Source: Candidatus Methanosuratincola verstraetei
Lineage (GTDB): Archaea; Thermoproteota; Methanomethylicia; Methanomethylicales; Methanomethylicaceae
DNA length: 64,000 bases
Assembly (NCBI GenBank): GCA_049570475.1
Contig: CP186953.1
Coordinates: 64,001 to 128,000, forward strand
Reading direction: 5' to 3'
In this document: one piece after another, positions 30,772 through 40,809 of the stretch
How the letters are laid out: every line of letters begins with the position of its first letter
How positions within the stretch are numbered: the first letter of the stretch is position 1
The notes under the pieces: model-generated
Told to the model about the DNA's origin: nothing
What the model saw: only the letters and a program-made list of their open reading frames with translations
Databases searched by the model: none
Position numbers and translations under genes: made by a program

Positions 30772-31927
30772 ATGATGGAAAGGAGGAATTTAGTTCACAA
30801 GGCTCCAGACGCCTAGGGGATTCAGGGACCTTGGGCCTGAGGAAGCCAGATCCTACCTGATCGTCGAGGGCAGGTTCAGGGAAGTCCTCAGGAAATGGGG
30901 CTACAAGGAAGTCAGGACCTCGACGCTCGACTACTTTGACATCATACGCGGCGGGGCGGGCGAGGGGTTCACGGATTCGATTTTCAAGGTCCAGGACTAC
31001 GACGGCAGGCTGCTGTCGCTCAGGGGGGAGGTCACGACCCAGATAGCGAGGATGCTGGCCTCCAAGGCCAAGGACGAGGGGAGGCTCTGCTACATCACGA
31101 ACTGCATCAGGTACCTGGAGTCCAAGAACCTGTCCCTCAGGGAGTACTGGCAGGCGGGTGCTGAGCTGATAGGAGGGGAGAGGATCAGCGCTGATGCAGA
31201 GGCGGTTGCACTCGCTCTGGAGATGCTCGACTCGGTAGGGATAAGGGCGAGCGTGGACCTCGGGAGCATGGGCGTCATCAGGAGGCTGATGGAAAGGTAC
31301 AGGATAAGGGACTACAAGAAACTTACGAGGGCAATTGCTTCGAAGTCAATAGACGACCTGAGGAAATTGACGACCGACAGCGATGCGCTCGAGACTTTCA
31401 CCCTGCTGATGACCAAGAGGGGTGGCGCGGATCTCATTGGGGAGATTTCCAAGGCTGCAGGCTGCCTTGAGGAGGAGCACGAATACTTCAAGAGCCTCTA
31501 CCGTGCGCTCGAGGCTTACGGGTGCGCCTCCAGGGTCTTTGTGGACCTGAGCACCATCAGGGAGATGGCCTACTACAACGGCTTGGTCTTTGAGATATTC
31601 ACCCCCGGGATGGGCCTGCCAATCGGCGGGGGAGGGAGATACGACGCCATGATGAAGGACTTCGGGATAGACACTGCCGCGACCGGCTTTGCGCTGAGCA
31701 TAGACCTATGCTTGAAGGCGCTTGGCGGGGGGGACTGGGGCAAGAACAACGAAACAGTGAGGGTGTACTACAAGGACGGGTACAGGGAGAAGGCGATCTC
31801 CCTTGTGAGGGTCTTGAGGGGAAAGGGCGAATGCTGCACCCTGGATGCATACCGGGGCGAGGGCAGGGGCATCCTAGTAGGCGAAAAGACCATTGTGCTT
31901 GAGAGTGGTGAGGAGTATGCCCCCTGA
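30772..31927 (+). CDS. hisZ: ATP phosphoribosyltransferase regulatory subunit HisZ, with a +1 frame discontinuity near codon 9
   Basis: Frame open from 30794 encodes LQTPRGFRD...WGYKEVRTSTLDY...LSLRGEVTTQIAR, EYWQAGAELIG, YYNGLVFE, GGGGRYD. It has no ATG/GTG/TTG before 31052, and the RBS-linked ATG at 30772 is in another frame. Confidence 0.85.
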
Positions 31928-32564
31928 AACAAAAGAGAGGCTTGTCTTCGCCGTTCCGAACAAGGGGAGGATGAGAGATCCGGCACTCAGGCTCCTGGAG
32001 TCGGCGGGTATAAAGTGGCTCGGGGAGGAGAGGGCCTACCTGTCCAAGACGACGGATCCCGAGATCGACATACTCTCAGTCAGGGCTGCGGACATCCCGG
32101 TCTACGTGTACTACGGGATAGCGGACCTGGGGATAACGGGGAGGGACATAGTGGCTGAGACCGGGCTCGAGGTCTACGAACTTGCCGATCTGGGCTTCGG
32201 ATGCTGCGACCTCGTCGTAGCCGTCAGCAAGGACAGCGGGATAAGGAGCCCGTCGGAGATCCCGCACGGATCCAAGATCGCAACCGAATTCCCGAATGTG
32301 GCAAAGGCTTACTTTGACGAGATTGGGATCCAAGTCGAGACGATCACCCTCAAAGGGGCGGTGGAGATAGCCCCGAGGCTCGGGCTCGCGATCGCCATAG
32401 TGGACATCTCCAGCACCGGGGCTACCCTCGAGAAGAACAGGCTGTCTGCAATCGGGAAGGTGATGAGCTCTTCGGCTAGGCTGATCTGCAACAAGATATC
32501 TTACAAGACAAAGTATGATAAGGTCGAAGCGATAACTAACAAGCTGAAGGGGTTGAGTCCTTGA
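31917..32564 (+). CDS. hisG: ATP phosphoribosyltransferase, short form
   Basis: AVPNKGR, RAADIPVYV, DLGITGRD, IATEFP, GAVEIAP, VDISSTGATL; about 215 aa with no C-terminal regulatory domain, so it needs HisZ. Confidence 0.95.
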   Translation: MPPETKERLVFAVPNKGRMRDPALRLLESAGIKWLGEERAYLSKTTDPEIDILSVRAADIPVYVYYGIADLGITGRDIVAETGLEVYELADLGFGCCDLVVAVSKDSGIRSPSEIPHGSKIATEFPNVAKAYFDEIGIQVETITLKGAVEIAPRLGLAIAIVDISSTGATLEKNRLSAIGKVMSSSARLICNKISYKTKYDKVEAITNKLKGLSP

Positions 32565-33850
32565 AAGTCGTCAAGTACAGCGACTATGCCTCCGAGCCAA
32601 TAAGACCATCCCAGGTCCCGAAGGAGATCGCAGATTACGTCTCTGCCATAATAGCGAGGGTCAGGGATCTCGGGGATTCGGCAGTCCTGGAGTACACGGA
32701 GAAGTTCGACAAGGTCAGGATAGAACCGGATCGCATCAGGATCGAATGGGGTGAGATGAGAAGGGCGTACAACGCGATCCCGGAAAGCCTGAGGGCTGCA
32801 CTGAGGAATTCTGCTGAAAGGATACGCGCGTTCCAGGAGCTCCAGAAACCCCTCGAGTTCTCCGCGACGATAGTCCCAGGCGTTTCCGCAGGGATAAAGT
32901 TCGATCCGATACAGTCAGTCGGGCTGTACGTGCCTGGCGGGAGCGCGGCCTACCCATCGACCGTGCTGATGACCGCGATTCCAGCAAAGGTCGCGGGCGT
33001 GGACAGGTGCGCAGTCTTCACGCCGCCCGGAAAGGGAGGGGACGTCCCCGAGGCGATCCTGGCTGCAGCCTACATTGCTGAGGTGGATGAGGTCTACAGG
33101 GTCGGGGGGGCGCAGGCGATTGCAGCTATGGCTTACGGAACCGAGAGGATAAGGAAGGTCGAGAAGATCTTCGGCCCCGGGAACATCTACGTCACCGTCG
33201 CGAAGATGCTGGTTTCATGGGACGTGGCTGTCGACATGCCGGCAGGGCCGAGCGAGTTGCTCATCTACACCGAGGGGTTTGATAAGCCCGAATGGCTTGC
33301 TTACGACATCCTCGCCCAGTGCGAGCACGACCCGAGGGCCAAGGCAGCGCTGGTCACGACAGACGCGGCTTTGGCAGAGGAGGTCGCCAGGATGGTGGAG
33401 AACCTCGTCAAGGAGTCCCCCAGGAGGGAAATACTTGAGAAGAGCACGGCCCAGGCGGTGGCGCTAGTAGTCGGGAGCCGTGAGGAGGGGGCGGATGCGA
33501 TAAACGAGATGGCTCCAGAGCACCTTGAGCTGGTAGGCGAAGGCGCCGAAGAGATCTTCAAGCTGGTCAGGAATGCGGGGGCGGTCTTCATCGGCGAGTA
33601 CACGCCTGTCCCGCTCGGCGACTACACGGCGGGCACGAACCACGTCCTGCCCACTATGGGGTGGGCCAAGAGGGCATCGCCCCTCTCGGTCAGGGATTTC
33701 CTGAGATCTAGGGAGTACTTGCGGTGCACCAGGGACGGGGTCATGCGCATAGGGGGCGACGCTGTGATGGTCGCAACAGCGGAGGGGTTGCTGAACCACG
33801 CGCGCGCAGTATCTTCCAGGATGGGGACAAATTGCAAGGGGGAGAAGTAG
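32561..33850 (+). CDS. hisD: Histidinol dehydrogenase
   Basis: GLYVPGG.AAYPST, GGAQAIAAMAYGT, GPGN, DMPAGPSE, AQCEHD, APEHLE, GDYTAGTNHVLPT. Confidence 0.97.
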   Translation: MKVVKYSDYASEPIRPSQVPKEIADYVSAIIARVRDLGDSAVLEYTEKFDKVRIEPDRIRIEWGEMRRAYNAIPESLRAALRNSAERIRAFQELQKPLEFSATIVPGVSAGIKFDPIQSVGLYVPGGSAAYPSTVLMTAIPAKVAGVDRCAVFTPPGKGGDVPEAILAAAYIAEVDEVYRVGGAQAIAAMAYGTERIRKVEKIFGPGNIYVTVAKMLVSWDVAVDMPAGPSELLIYTEGFDKPEWLAYDILAQCEHDPRAKAALVTTDAALAEEVARMVENLVKESPRREILEKSTAQAVALVVGSREEGADAINEMAPEHLELVGEGAEEIFKLVRNAGAVFIGEYTPVPLGDYTAGTNHVLPTMGWAKRASPLSVRDFLRSREYLRCTRDGVMRIGGDAVMVATAEGLLNHARAVSSRMGTNCKGEK

Positions 33851-33868
33851 CTGGATCCTGAAGATTTC

Positions 33869-34957
33869 GTGGTCGATCGCCTGAGGGAGATCCTCGGCGA
33901 GAAGAAGGGCAAGGAGGCCTACTCCACCCTCTCTCGGGAGGGAAGGGTCAGGATGGGGCTGAACGAGAACCTGCTGGTTAACAGGTTCTTCTCTGATACC
34001 CTGATGGCGGAAGCGATCAAGAGGGTGGATGTCAGGGAATACCCCCCTCCGAAGGGATGGGTTGCCGCAAGCGCGATTGCCGAGAGCCTCGGCGTCTGGG
34101 AGGACGAGGTGCTGATAGGGAATGGATCCGATGAGATACTGGATCTGATAGCCAAGGTCTTCCTCTCATCAGAAGGGAGGGAGGCCATCGTTGTGGACCC
34201 CACATTCGAGATGTACAAGTTCTACACGTCCATCGCCGGCGGGAGGACGAGGCAGGTCCTCACGACAGGGGATTTTGACCTCAGCGCGGACAGCATACTC
34301 TCAGCCATAGGGGACTCGACAAAGGTGATTTTCATATGCTCCCCGAACAACCCGACTGGGAAGCAATTCAACAGGGACGAGGTCCTGAGGGTAGTAGAGG
34401 AGAGCGGGCGCCTGGTCGTCCTCGACGAGGCCTACGTCGATTTCGCCCCGTACTCGCTTTCAGGGGAGTGCACACAGTACGAGAACCTCCTGGTCCTGAG
34501 GACGTTCTCAAAGGCCTTCGGGATGGCAGGGCTCAGGGCAGGGTACTGCGTGGGCAATGCGAGGCTCCTCAAGTGGCTCAGGGCCGCACAGAGCCCATTC
34601 AGCGTCAATTCGGTCGCGCAGGAGATGGTCAGGCTCGTCATCGAGAACAGGAAGGTATACGAAGCGTTCATCAGGCAAGTCATCGAGGAGAGAAACTACC
34701 TGCTGGCCGAGCTTGAGATGCTCAGCGGCGTGGACGCCTACGAGTCGGATGCCAACTTCATACTCTTCAGGCTCCCGCCCGGCATAGAATCTGGCTCCGT
34801 TGTGAGGCGCCTTGGGGAAGATGGGATAGACGTGAGGGACAGGGGCGGGCTGCCGCTGCTCGAGAACTGCGTGAGGGTGACCGTCTCGACCAGGGAGAAC
34901 AACCTGAAGTTCATAGATTCTCTGAGGAAGGCGATAAGTGAGGAGGGCAAAAAATGA
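33869..34957 (+). CDS. hisC: Histidinol-phosphate aminotransferase
   Basis: GNGSDE, CSPNNPTG, DEAY, RTFSKAFGMAGLRAGY; a CTG start at 33851 is possible. Confidence 0.95.
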   Translation: MVDRLREILGEKKGKEAYSTLSREGRVRMGLNENLLVNRFFSDTLMAEAIKRVDVREYPPPKGWVAASAIAESLGVWEDEVLIGNGSDEILDLIAKVFLSSEGREAIVVDPTFEMYKFYTSIAGGRTRQVLTTGDFDLSADSILSAIGDSTKVIFICSPNNPTGKQFNRDEVLRVVEESGRLVVLDEAYVDFAPYSLSGECTQYENLLVLRTFSKAFGMAGLRAGYCVGNARLLKWLRAAQSPFSVNSVAQEMVRLVIENRKVYEAFIRQVIEERNYLLAELEMLSGVDAYESDANFILFRLPPGIESGSVVRRLGEDGIDVRDRGGLPLLENCVRVTVSTRENNLKFIDSLRKAISEEGKK

Positions 34958-35574
34958 TCCCAGGGATGGAATCTGGATCAGGGAACGGGGACTGCGCAAG
35001 GGCAAGGGAGGGATGCTGCGACAGGAAGACGCAGGAGGTCAAGATCTCCGCCAGGGTCTGCCTCGAGGGCCCAGGCGAGTTCACTGGCAGCACCGGTTCC
35101 GCATTCATCGACCACATGATAAGGACCCTAGCTAAGCACGCATCGATCAGGATAGATCTCGAGGCTTCCGGAGATCTCAAGCACCACATAATCGAGGATA
35201 CTGCGCTCGTGCTTGGTGAGGCGATCCGGTCTGCGCTCGGCGAGAAGAAGGGGATAAAGAGATTCGGGCACGCCTATGTGCCCATGGACGACTCGCTGGC
35301 GAGATCCGTGATAGACCTCGGGGGCAGGGCTTACAGCAGGATAAAGCTTAACACGAGGGGCGAGTCGATCGAGGACGCCAAGGTCGAGGACATCGTCCAT
35401 TTCCTCGAGTCCTTCGCAGCATCGCTCAAGTGCAACCTGCACATGAAGGTGCTTTACGGGAGCAATGACCACCACAAAGTGGAGGCGGCGGTCAAGGCGC
35501 TCGCGGTAGCGCTCAGGGAGGCTGTCTCGCTGACAGGCAGGGAGGATGTGCCGAGCGCCAAGGGGGCAATCTGA
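34954..35574 (+). CDS. hisB: Imidazoleglycerol-phosphate dehydratase
   Basis: FIDHM, HHIIED, PMDD, NDHHKVEA, PSAKG. Confidence 0.95.
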   Translation: MIPGMESGSGNGDCARAREGCCDRKTQEVKISARVCLEGPGEFTGSTGSAFIDHMIRTLAKHASIRIDLEASGDLKHHIIEDTALVLGEAIRSALGEKKGIKRFGHAYVPMDDSLARSVIDLGGRAYSRIKLNTRGESIEDAKVEDIVHFLESFAASLKCNLHMKVLYGSNDHHKVEAAVKALAVALREAVSLTGREDVPSAKGAI

Positions 35575-35578
35575 CCAG

Positions 35579-36223
35579 ATGAGGGTAGCGATCCTTGACA
35601 TGGGGCTCGGAAACCTCCTGAGCATAAGGAGGGGCATCGAGAGGGCGAGCGGAGGGATCGGCAGCGGATCCATTACAGGCCCCCATGCTGAAGTGATCAT
35701 CGCACAGCGCGACGCCGAGGCTGGATGCGCAGACGCAGTTGTCATCCCGGGGGTTGGCGCATTCAGGGATGGGGCAAATGCACTCGCGGGAAGGTTCGGA
35801 GGGGTAGTTGGGAGGATCCGCAGCGGAGAGATCCCAGCGCTCGGGATCTGCCTAGGCATGCAGCTCCTCTTCACAAGGAGCTTTGAAGGGGGCGAATACC
35901 CAGGCCTCGGGGTCATCTCAGGCGATGTGGTGAGGCTTCCGGATTCCGTCAAGGTCCCCCACATGGGCTGGAACAGCATAAGGATAGTCAGGAGCGGGGA
36001 GCTTGTGAGGGGGATCCCGGACGGCGAGCACTTCTATTTCGTCCATTCCTACTATTGCAGGCCTGGGGAGGAGGGCGTAACGGTTGCAGAGACGGAGTAC
36101 GGCGTGCATATCCCCGCGATTGTCGAGAAGGGGAGGGTCTTCGGGACGCAATTCCACCCGGAGAAGAGCGGTGAGGCCGGCCGGACAATAATAAGGAACT
36201 TCCTGGAGGCGGCGAAGCGTTGA
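35579..36223 (+). CDS. hisH: Imidazole glycerol phosphate synthase, glutaminase subunit
   Basis: PGVGAF, LGICLGMQ, PHMGWN, YFVHSY, QFHPEKSG. Confidence 0.96.
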   Translation: MRVAILDMGLGNLLSIRRGIERASGGIGSGSITGPHAEVIIAQRDAEAGCADAVVIPGVGAFRDGANALAGRFGGVVGRIRSGEIPALGICLGMQLLFTRSFEGGEYPGLGVISGDVVRLPDSVKVPHMGWNSIRIVRSGELVRGIPDGEHFYFVHSYYCRPGEEGVTVAETEYGVHIPAIVEKGRVFGTQFHPEKSGEAGRTIIRNFLEAAKR

Positions 36224-36933
36224 TCAGGATAATACCGGCGGTTGACGTGTCAAAGGGGAGATGCGTGAGGCTGACGAAAGGCAGGCTGGAGGAGACAAAG
36301 GTATACTTCCAGGACCCCCTACAGGCCGCGCGGAAATGGGAGTCGGAGGGCGCAGAATGGATACATGTCATCGACCTGGACGCGGCGATCGGGGTAGGGA
36401 GCAACCTTGAGCAGATAAAGCGGATAATAAAGAATGTGGGCGCAAAGGTTGAGGTTGGAGGCGGCATCAGGAGCCTGGAGGCAGCAAGGGATTACATAGC
36501 CGCTGGGGCTGGCAGGGTCATCTTCGGGACGGGGGCCCTCGATGCAAGCCTGATAAGGGCAAGCATCAAGGAGTTCGGCCCGGAGAAGGTCATGGCAGCA
36601 GTCGACCACATAGCAGGGAGGGTTGCAGTCAAGGGGTGGAAGGAGATGGTCGGGATAGACGCATTGCTGCTCTGCAGCAGGCTCGAGGAGATCGGCGTGA
36701 GGATCTTCATGATGACCGCGATCGATCGGGACGGGACGATGAAGGGGCCGAACATCGAGCACTCCCTCAAGGCAGCCTCTGAGATAAGGGGGGAGGTGTA
36801 CCTGGCAGGGGGGTTCTCGAGCCTCTACGATCTGTCGCTGATCAGGGGATCGAAGGCTGCGGGAGTCATACTCGGGAAGGCGCTGTACGAGGGCGCCTTC
36901 ACGCTGAGGGAGGCGATGGAGGCGGTAAGGTGA
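36220..36933 (+). CDS. hisA: ProFAR isomerase
   Basis: IIPAVD...[36 protein letters not shown]. Confidence 0.95.
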   Translation: MIRIIPAVDVSKGRCVRLTKGRLEETKVYFQDPLQAARKWESEGAEWIHVIDLDAAIGVGSNLEQIKRIIKNVGAKVEVGGGIRSLEAARDYIAAGAGRVIFGTGALDASLIRASIKEFGPEKVMAAVDHIAGRVAVKGWKEMVGIDALLLCSRLEEIGVRIFMMTAIDRDGTMKGPNIEHSLKAASEIRGEVYLAGGFSSLYDLSLIRGSKAAGVILGKALYEGAFTLREAMEAVR

Positions 36934-37748
36934 TGCTGACAAAGAGGATCATACCTTGCCTAGACGTCGACAAGGGCAGGGTCGTCAAAGGCATAAGGTT
37001 CGTGAACCTGAGGGACGCGGGGGACCCTGTCGAGCAGGCATTGGAGTATGAGCGGCAGGGGGCGGACGAGATCGTCTTCCTGGACATCACTGCCTCGTCT
37101 GACAACAGGGAGACGGTCATAGACATGGTAAGGAAGACCGCGTACGAGCTCTCGATCCCGTTCACCGTGGGAGGGGGGATAAGGAGCTACGCTGACGTTA
37201 GGAGGGTCCTGATGGCGGGGGCGGACAAGGTCTCCCTGAACACAGCTGCGGTCCAGAACCCAAGGCTGATCACCGAGGGGGCAGAGATCTTTGGGAGCCA
37301 GTGCATCGTGGTGGCGATAGACGCCAAGAAGTCTGGCGAGGGAAAGTGGGAGGTCTACACCCACGGCGGGCGCAAGGCGACTGGGATGGACGCTGTCGAA
37401 TGGGCAGTGAAGGCAGAGGAGATGGGGGCTGGGGAGATCCTGCTGACCAGCATGGACTACGACGGGTCCAAGGACGGCTACGATCTGGATCTGACGAGGC
37501 GGGTTTCAGAGAGCGTCAACATACCTGTGATAGCGTCGGGCGGCGCAGGGGGCCCTGCACACATATACGATGCGCTCACCGCAGGCAAGGCGGATGCAGC
37601 CCTCGCCGCTTCGATATTCCACTACGCGGAGTACACCGTCGGGGAGGTGAAGGCGTACCTCGCGGAGAGGGGCGTCCCGGTCAGGATCCCGCGCCCGACC
37701 GGCGCAGGAGTCGGGAAGGGGATCCGTGGTAATGCTGACAGCAAGTGA
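36933..37748 (+). CDS. hisF: Imidazole glycerol phosphate synthase, cyclase subunit
   Basis: [51 protein letters not shown]. Confidence 0.97.
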   Translation: MLTKRIIPCLDVDKGRVVKGIRFVNLRDAGDPVEQALEYERQGADEIVFLDITASSDNRETVIDMVRKTAYELSIPFTVGGGIRSYADVRRVLMAGADKVSLNTAAVQNPRLITEGAEIFGSQCIVVAIDAKKSGEGKWEVYTHGGRKATGMDAVEWAVKAEEMGAGEILLTSMDYDGSKDGYDLDLTRRVSESVNIPVIASGGAGGPAHIYDALTAGKADAALAASIFHYAEYTVGEVKAYLAERGVPVRIPRPTGAGVGKGIRGNADSK

Positions 37749-38449
37749 TCCAGGAGCGAAGGACAACTCGTGAAGGTGCATGCGGAATGGGCTTTGATGG
37801 AAAAGTGGAAGGAGTGAGGCTAGGCAGCGGAGAGATAGAGAGACTTGTCAAGTCCCTCAACTTTGAGAAGCTAGGGGGCATAATCCCGGCTATCGCGGTA
37901 GGCGAGGACGGGAGGGTGCTGATGCTCGCTTTCATGGATGAGGAGGCGCTGAGGAAAACGCTCAGCACGGGCATGATGCACTACTGGTCGAGATCCAGGA
38001 GGAGGCTCTGGATGAAGGGGGAAGAGTCAGGGCACTACCAGTACGTCCTAGGAGTTTACGCCGACTGCGACTCGGACTCGCTGCTATTCAAGGTCAGGCA
38101 GGTCGGGAATGCCTGCCACACTGGCGAGGGCACATGCTTCCACAAGCCGGTTGTGGAGCACCTTGCAGCATGGGAGGTCCCGGCTGAGCTCGAGAGGGTG
38201 GTCAAGGACAGGATCGCGAACCCTCGCGAAGGGTCGTACACGTCAAAGATAGCCTCCGGCGGGCTTGCGAAGGCGGCGAAGAAGGTCGGGGAGGAGGGTG
38301 TCGAGGCAGCCTTGGCAGGGGTCGCGGAGAGCAAGGAGAGGACGATCAGCGAGGCTGCGGACCTGATCTATCACCTGATCATACTCCTCCAGATGAAGGG
38401 CATAAGCCTGGAGGACGTGTACAGCGAGCTCAGGAAGAGAAGGCGATGA
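37745..38449 (+). CDS. hisIE: Bifunctional phosphoribosyl-AMP cyclohydrolase / phosphoribosyl-ATP pyrophosphatase
   Basis: WSRSR..LW.KGEESG, DCDSD, ACHTG..TCF, then [22 protein letters not shown]. Confidence 0.95.
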   Translation: MIQERRTTREGACGMGFDGKVEGVRLGSGEIERLVKSLNFEKLGGIIPAIAVGEDGRVLMLAFMDEEALRKTLSTGMMHYWSRSRRRLWMKGEESGHYQYVLGVYADCDSDSLLFKVRQVGNACHTGEGTCFHKPVVEHLAAWEVPAELERVVKDRIANPREGSYTSKIASGGLAKAAKKVGEEGVEAALAGVAESKERTISEAADLIYHLIILLQMKGISLEDVYSELRKRRR

Positions 38450-38538
38450 GGATCGAGGCGGGGAGGTCTGGCAGCCAAGTACACCTAGCACGGTTCCTGA
38501 AGGCCCATTGGGCGATGGGCAACAAGCACAATCCCGGA

Positions 38539-39504
38539 TCAAAGGCGGGCGGGGCCGCTGGGCTCTTGCCTGTTCTTCAATGCCTCTGCGAGCCTGAGCT
38601 GCCTGCCCTTCTCCTTCATTGCGACCACAAGGTCGTAGACATCCTCAACGCTATCGAAGCGGAGGCGGCTCACCTTCTCGAAGTTCCAGCCAGTGCACTT
38701 CACCGCCGAGACGAAGGAGGCGTACGACACGGCCTTGATCCAGCTGCCGGTCTTGTGGAAGGCGGCAAGGAAGCTCCCTGACCAGGTGTCGCCGGCCCCG
38801 GTGACGTCCACAGCCTTCTTTGTGATCGCCGCGAGCGCAGGGATCAGATCCCTTGTCCCCTCTGACCTGATCATGGTCCCGATCTCGCCGAGGGTCAGGA
38901 CCAGGGTCTTGGATTTTATGGCTCTTATTGCCTCGGACACGACCTCCACGCCTGTGAGCGCGTGGAGCTCGCGCTCGTTCAGTATGAATATGTCAGCCAT
39001 CGATGCAGACTTCAGTATCGACTTCCGGTTGGCGCTGCTGTCCATGTAGTTTATGCAAGAGTTGACCGAGATCTTCACGTCGAGGCCTGATCCCCTCAGT
39101 GCCGAGACCATCCGCTCCACCTTTGGGGGGTTCATAGGTGCAACGTGGACGAAAGCGGCGCCCCTCCGCACTGCGTTAAGGAGCGCCCGCGTAGTGATGG
39201 CCGAGGCAGGTCCCGGTTCGAATGAGTGGTAGTGCGCGTTCCAGTTGGCGTCGTATGAGATGTCGAACCTGGTGCTCCTGCCTTTGCGGCGGGCGATGAA
39301 CTCGGCTGGGAACTCCGAGAGCGCCTCCCAGAAGCTGTAGTCGCTGCCAACAGCGGTGACAAGGCAGACGTCCCTGCAGAGCGTCCTCGCCCCGTAGGCC
39401 GCGTAAAGGGCGGCCCCTCCCGGCTGGATCTTTTCCCCGTTGGAGTTCTTCACCCTGTCTATGGATGTGTGGCCAACGAAGACGATCTCTGCCAACGGGA
39501 TCAC
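38539..39504 (-). CDS. PfkB family carbohydrate/nucleoside kinase
   Basis: GGAALYAA, LNERE, DVTGAGD. Confidence 0.88.
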   Translation of the reverse strand: MIPLAEIVFVGHTSIDRVKNSNGEKIQPGGAALYAAYGARTLCRDVCLVTAVGSDYSFWEALSEFPAEFIARRKGRSTRFDISYDANWNAHYHSFEPGPASAITTRALLNAVRRGAAFVHVAPMNPPKVERMVSALRGSGLDVKISVNSCINYMDSSANRKSILKSASMADIFILNERELHALTGVEVVSEAIRAIKSKTLVLTLGEIGTMIRSEGTRDLIPALAAITKKAVDVTGAGDTWSGSFLAAFHKTGSWIKAVSYASFVSAVKCTGWNFEKVSRLRFDSVEDVYDLVVAMKEKGRQLRLAEALKNRQEPSGPARL

Positions 39505-39598
39505 TGGTTTTTACAGTGGCGGATCCCCTATAAAAAACCTTGAGACTCCGCCTAGAGCATAAATACATCTTTGAGAAAGCCATAAAATGGCGCCTTAA

Positions 39599-40675
39599 AT
39601 GCGGAAAAAAATGGTCACATCAATCATTGTGGCGGCAGCCATCATCGCCTGCGGCATGAGCTTCTGGGCGTACAGGCATCCGGATCAACAAAACCAGATC
39701 CACCAAAGCAACTACAGCCTTCCGATCGCTGAAAGGCGCTTCCTGATAGGCATGGCCCCCACGCCAAAGAGCATGCCCGAAACCACATTCAGCGATATCG
39801 TGGATGCATACCAAGAAGCGGCTTCACTCGGCGAGGTTGTGATGATATGGACATCAGAAACAGGCATCGGGGAGTTTGATCAGCTGAACAAGTCCAGAGT
39901 TGTGGAGGGTGCCAGGGTTTACGGGCTGAATCTGGTCATCACGCTGGACTTCGCAACAATTGCGAATGCAGGGGGCGCAGGGCTGGAGTATCTCATCGAT
40001 GCCCCGCCTGGGGTTCCTGCAGACTTGTCAGACCCCCAGTTCATCGACCTGTGGGTCGCGGAGGCAGAGGCAATCGCAAGGGAGTTCAAGCCAGAGTACC
40101 TGTCGCTTGGGAATGAGGTGAATGATTACTTCTACTCCCATCCGGACGACTTTGGAGCTTACCTGAATATGCTCGACAGGGCCTACGCAGCGATAAAGGG
40201 GGTGTCGCAGAGCACCAAGGTAATGGTTGTGCTCTCCTACAACCACATGGTAGAGAATGATCAGTTCTGGATGCTTGCCCCCCTCTCCAACAGGTCTGAC
40301 CTCATAGGGCTCACAACTTACCCTTGGAAGCAATTCAGTGCCCCGGAGGAAATCCCCGACGACTATTACCTGAGGATAATGAACTTCACGGGCCAGAAGC
40401 TTGCTTTCACCGAGATTGGATGGGCATCATCCCAGGAGTCTGGAAGTTCAGAGAAGGAGCAGGCTGAGTTCCTTGTGCAATTCTTGAGGCTGACCAAGGG
40501 GCTCGATGTCGAGATGGTTAATTGGCTATTCCTCCATGAAATCAAGATGGAAGGCACGGTTGCGTCCATAGTTGATCCAGGAACAGCATCGATATCCCTG
40601 AAAAATCCAGACGGGAGCAAGAAGGAGGTCTACTACCTCTGGCAGGACCTGAAAGGATTGCCCATTGCCAGATGA
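39599..40675 (+). CDS. Secreted/membrane-anchored clan GH-A glycoside hydrolase-like protein
   Basis: N-terminal signal anchor; LGNEVN acid/base-like and FTEIGW nucleophile-like motifs. Confidence 0.6.
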   Translation: MRKKMVTSIIVAAAIIACGMSFWAYRHPDQQNQIHQSNYSLPIAERRFLIGMAPTPKSMPETTFSDIVDAYQEAASLGEVVMIWTSETGIGEFDQLNKSRVVEGARVYGLNLVITLDFATIANAGGAGLEYLIDAPPGVPADLSDPQFIDLWVAEAEAIAREFKPEYLSLGNEVNDYFYSHPDDFGAYLNMLDRAYAAIKGVSQSTKVMVVLSYNHMVENDQFWMLAPLSNRSDLIGLTTYPWKQFSAPEEIPDDYYLRIMNFTGQKLAFTEIGWASSQESGSSEKEQAEFLVQFLRLTKGLDVEMVNWLFLHEIKMEGTVASIVDPGTASISLKNPDGSKKEVYYLWQDLKGLPIAR

Positions 40676-40809
40676 AGCAGGTTTCAAAGCGTGAATTTAT
40701 GCACGAGCCGGAGTTGGAGGCGCAGCCCCTGTTTCGAGATTTATTAAATAAATTAAAATAATTAAATTAATTATCTATATATACTTGTTGAATGCTCTAT
40801 TAGCTGAGG

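Noticed and set aside
40741-40800. Very AT-rich tract as a possible replication origin
   Set aside because: No ORB repeats or cdc6/orc1 nearby; explained as the terminator/promoter region before nurA.
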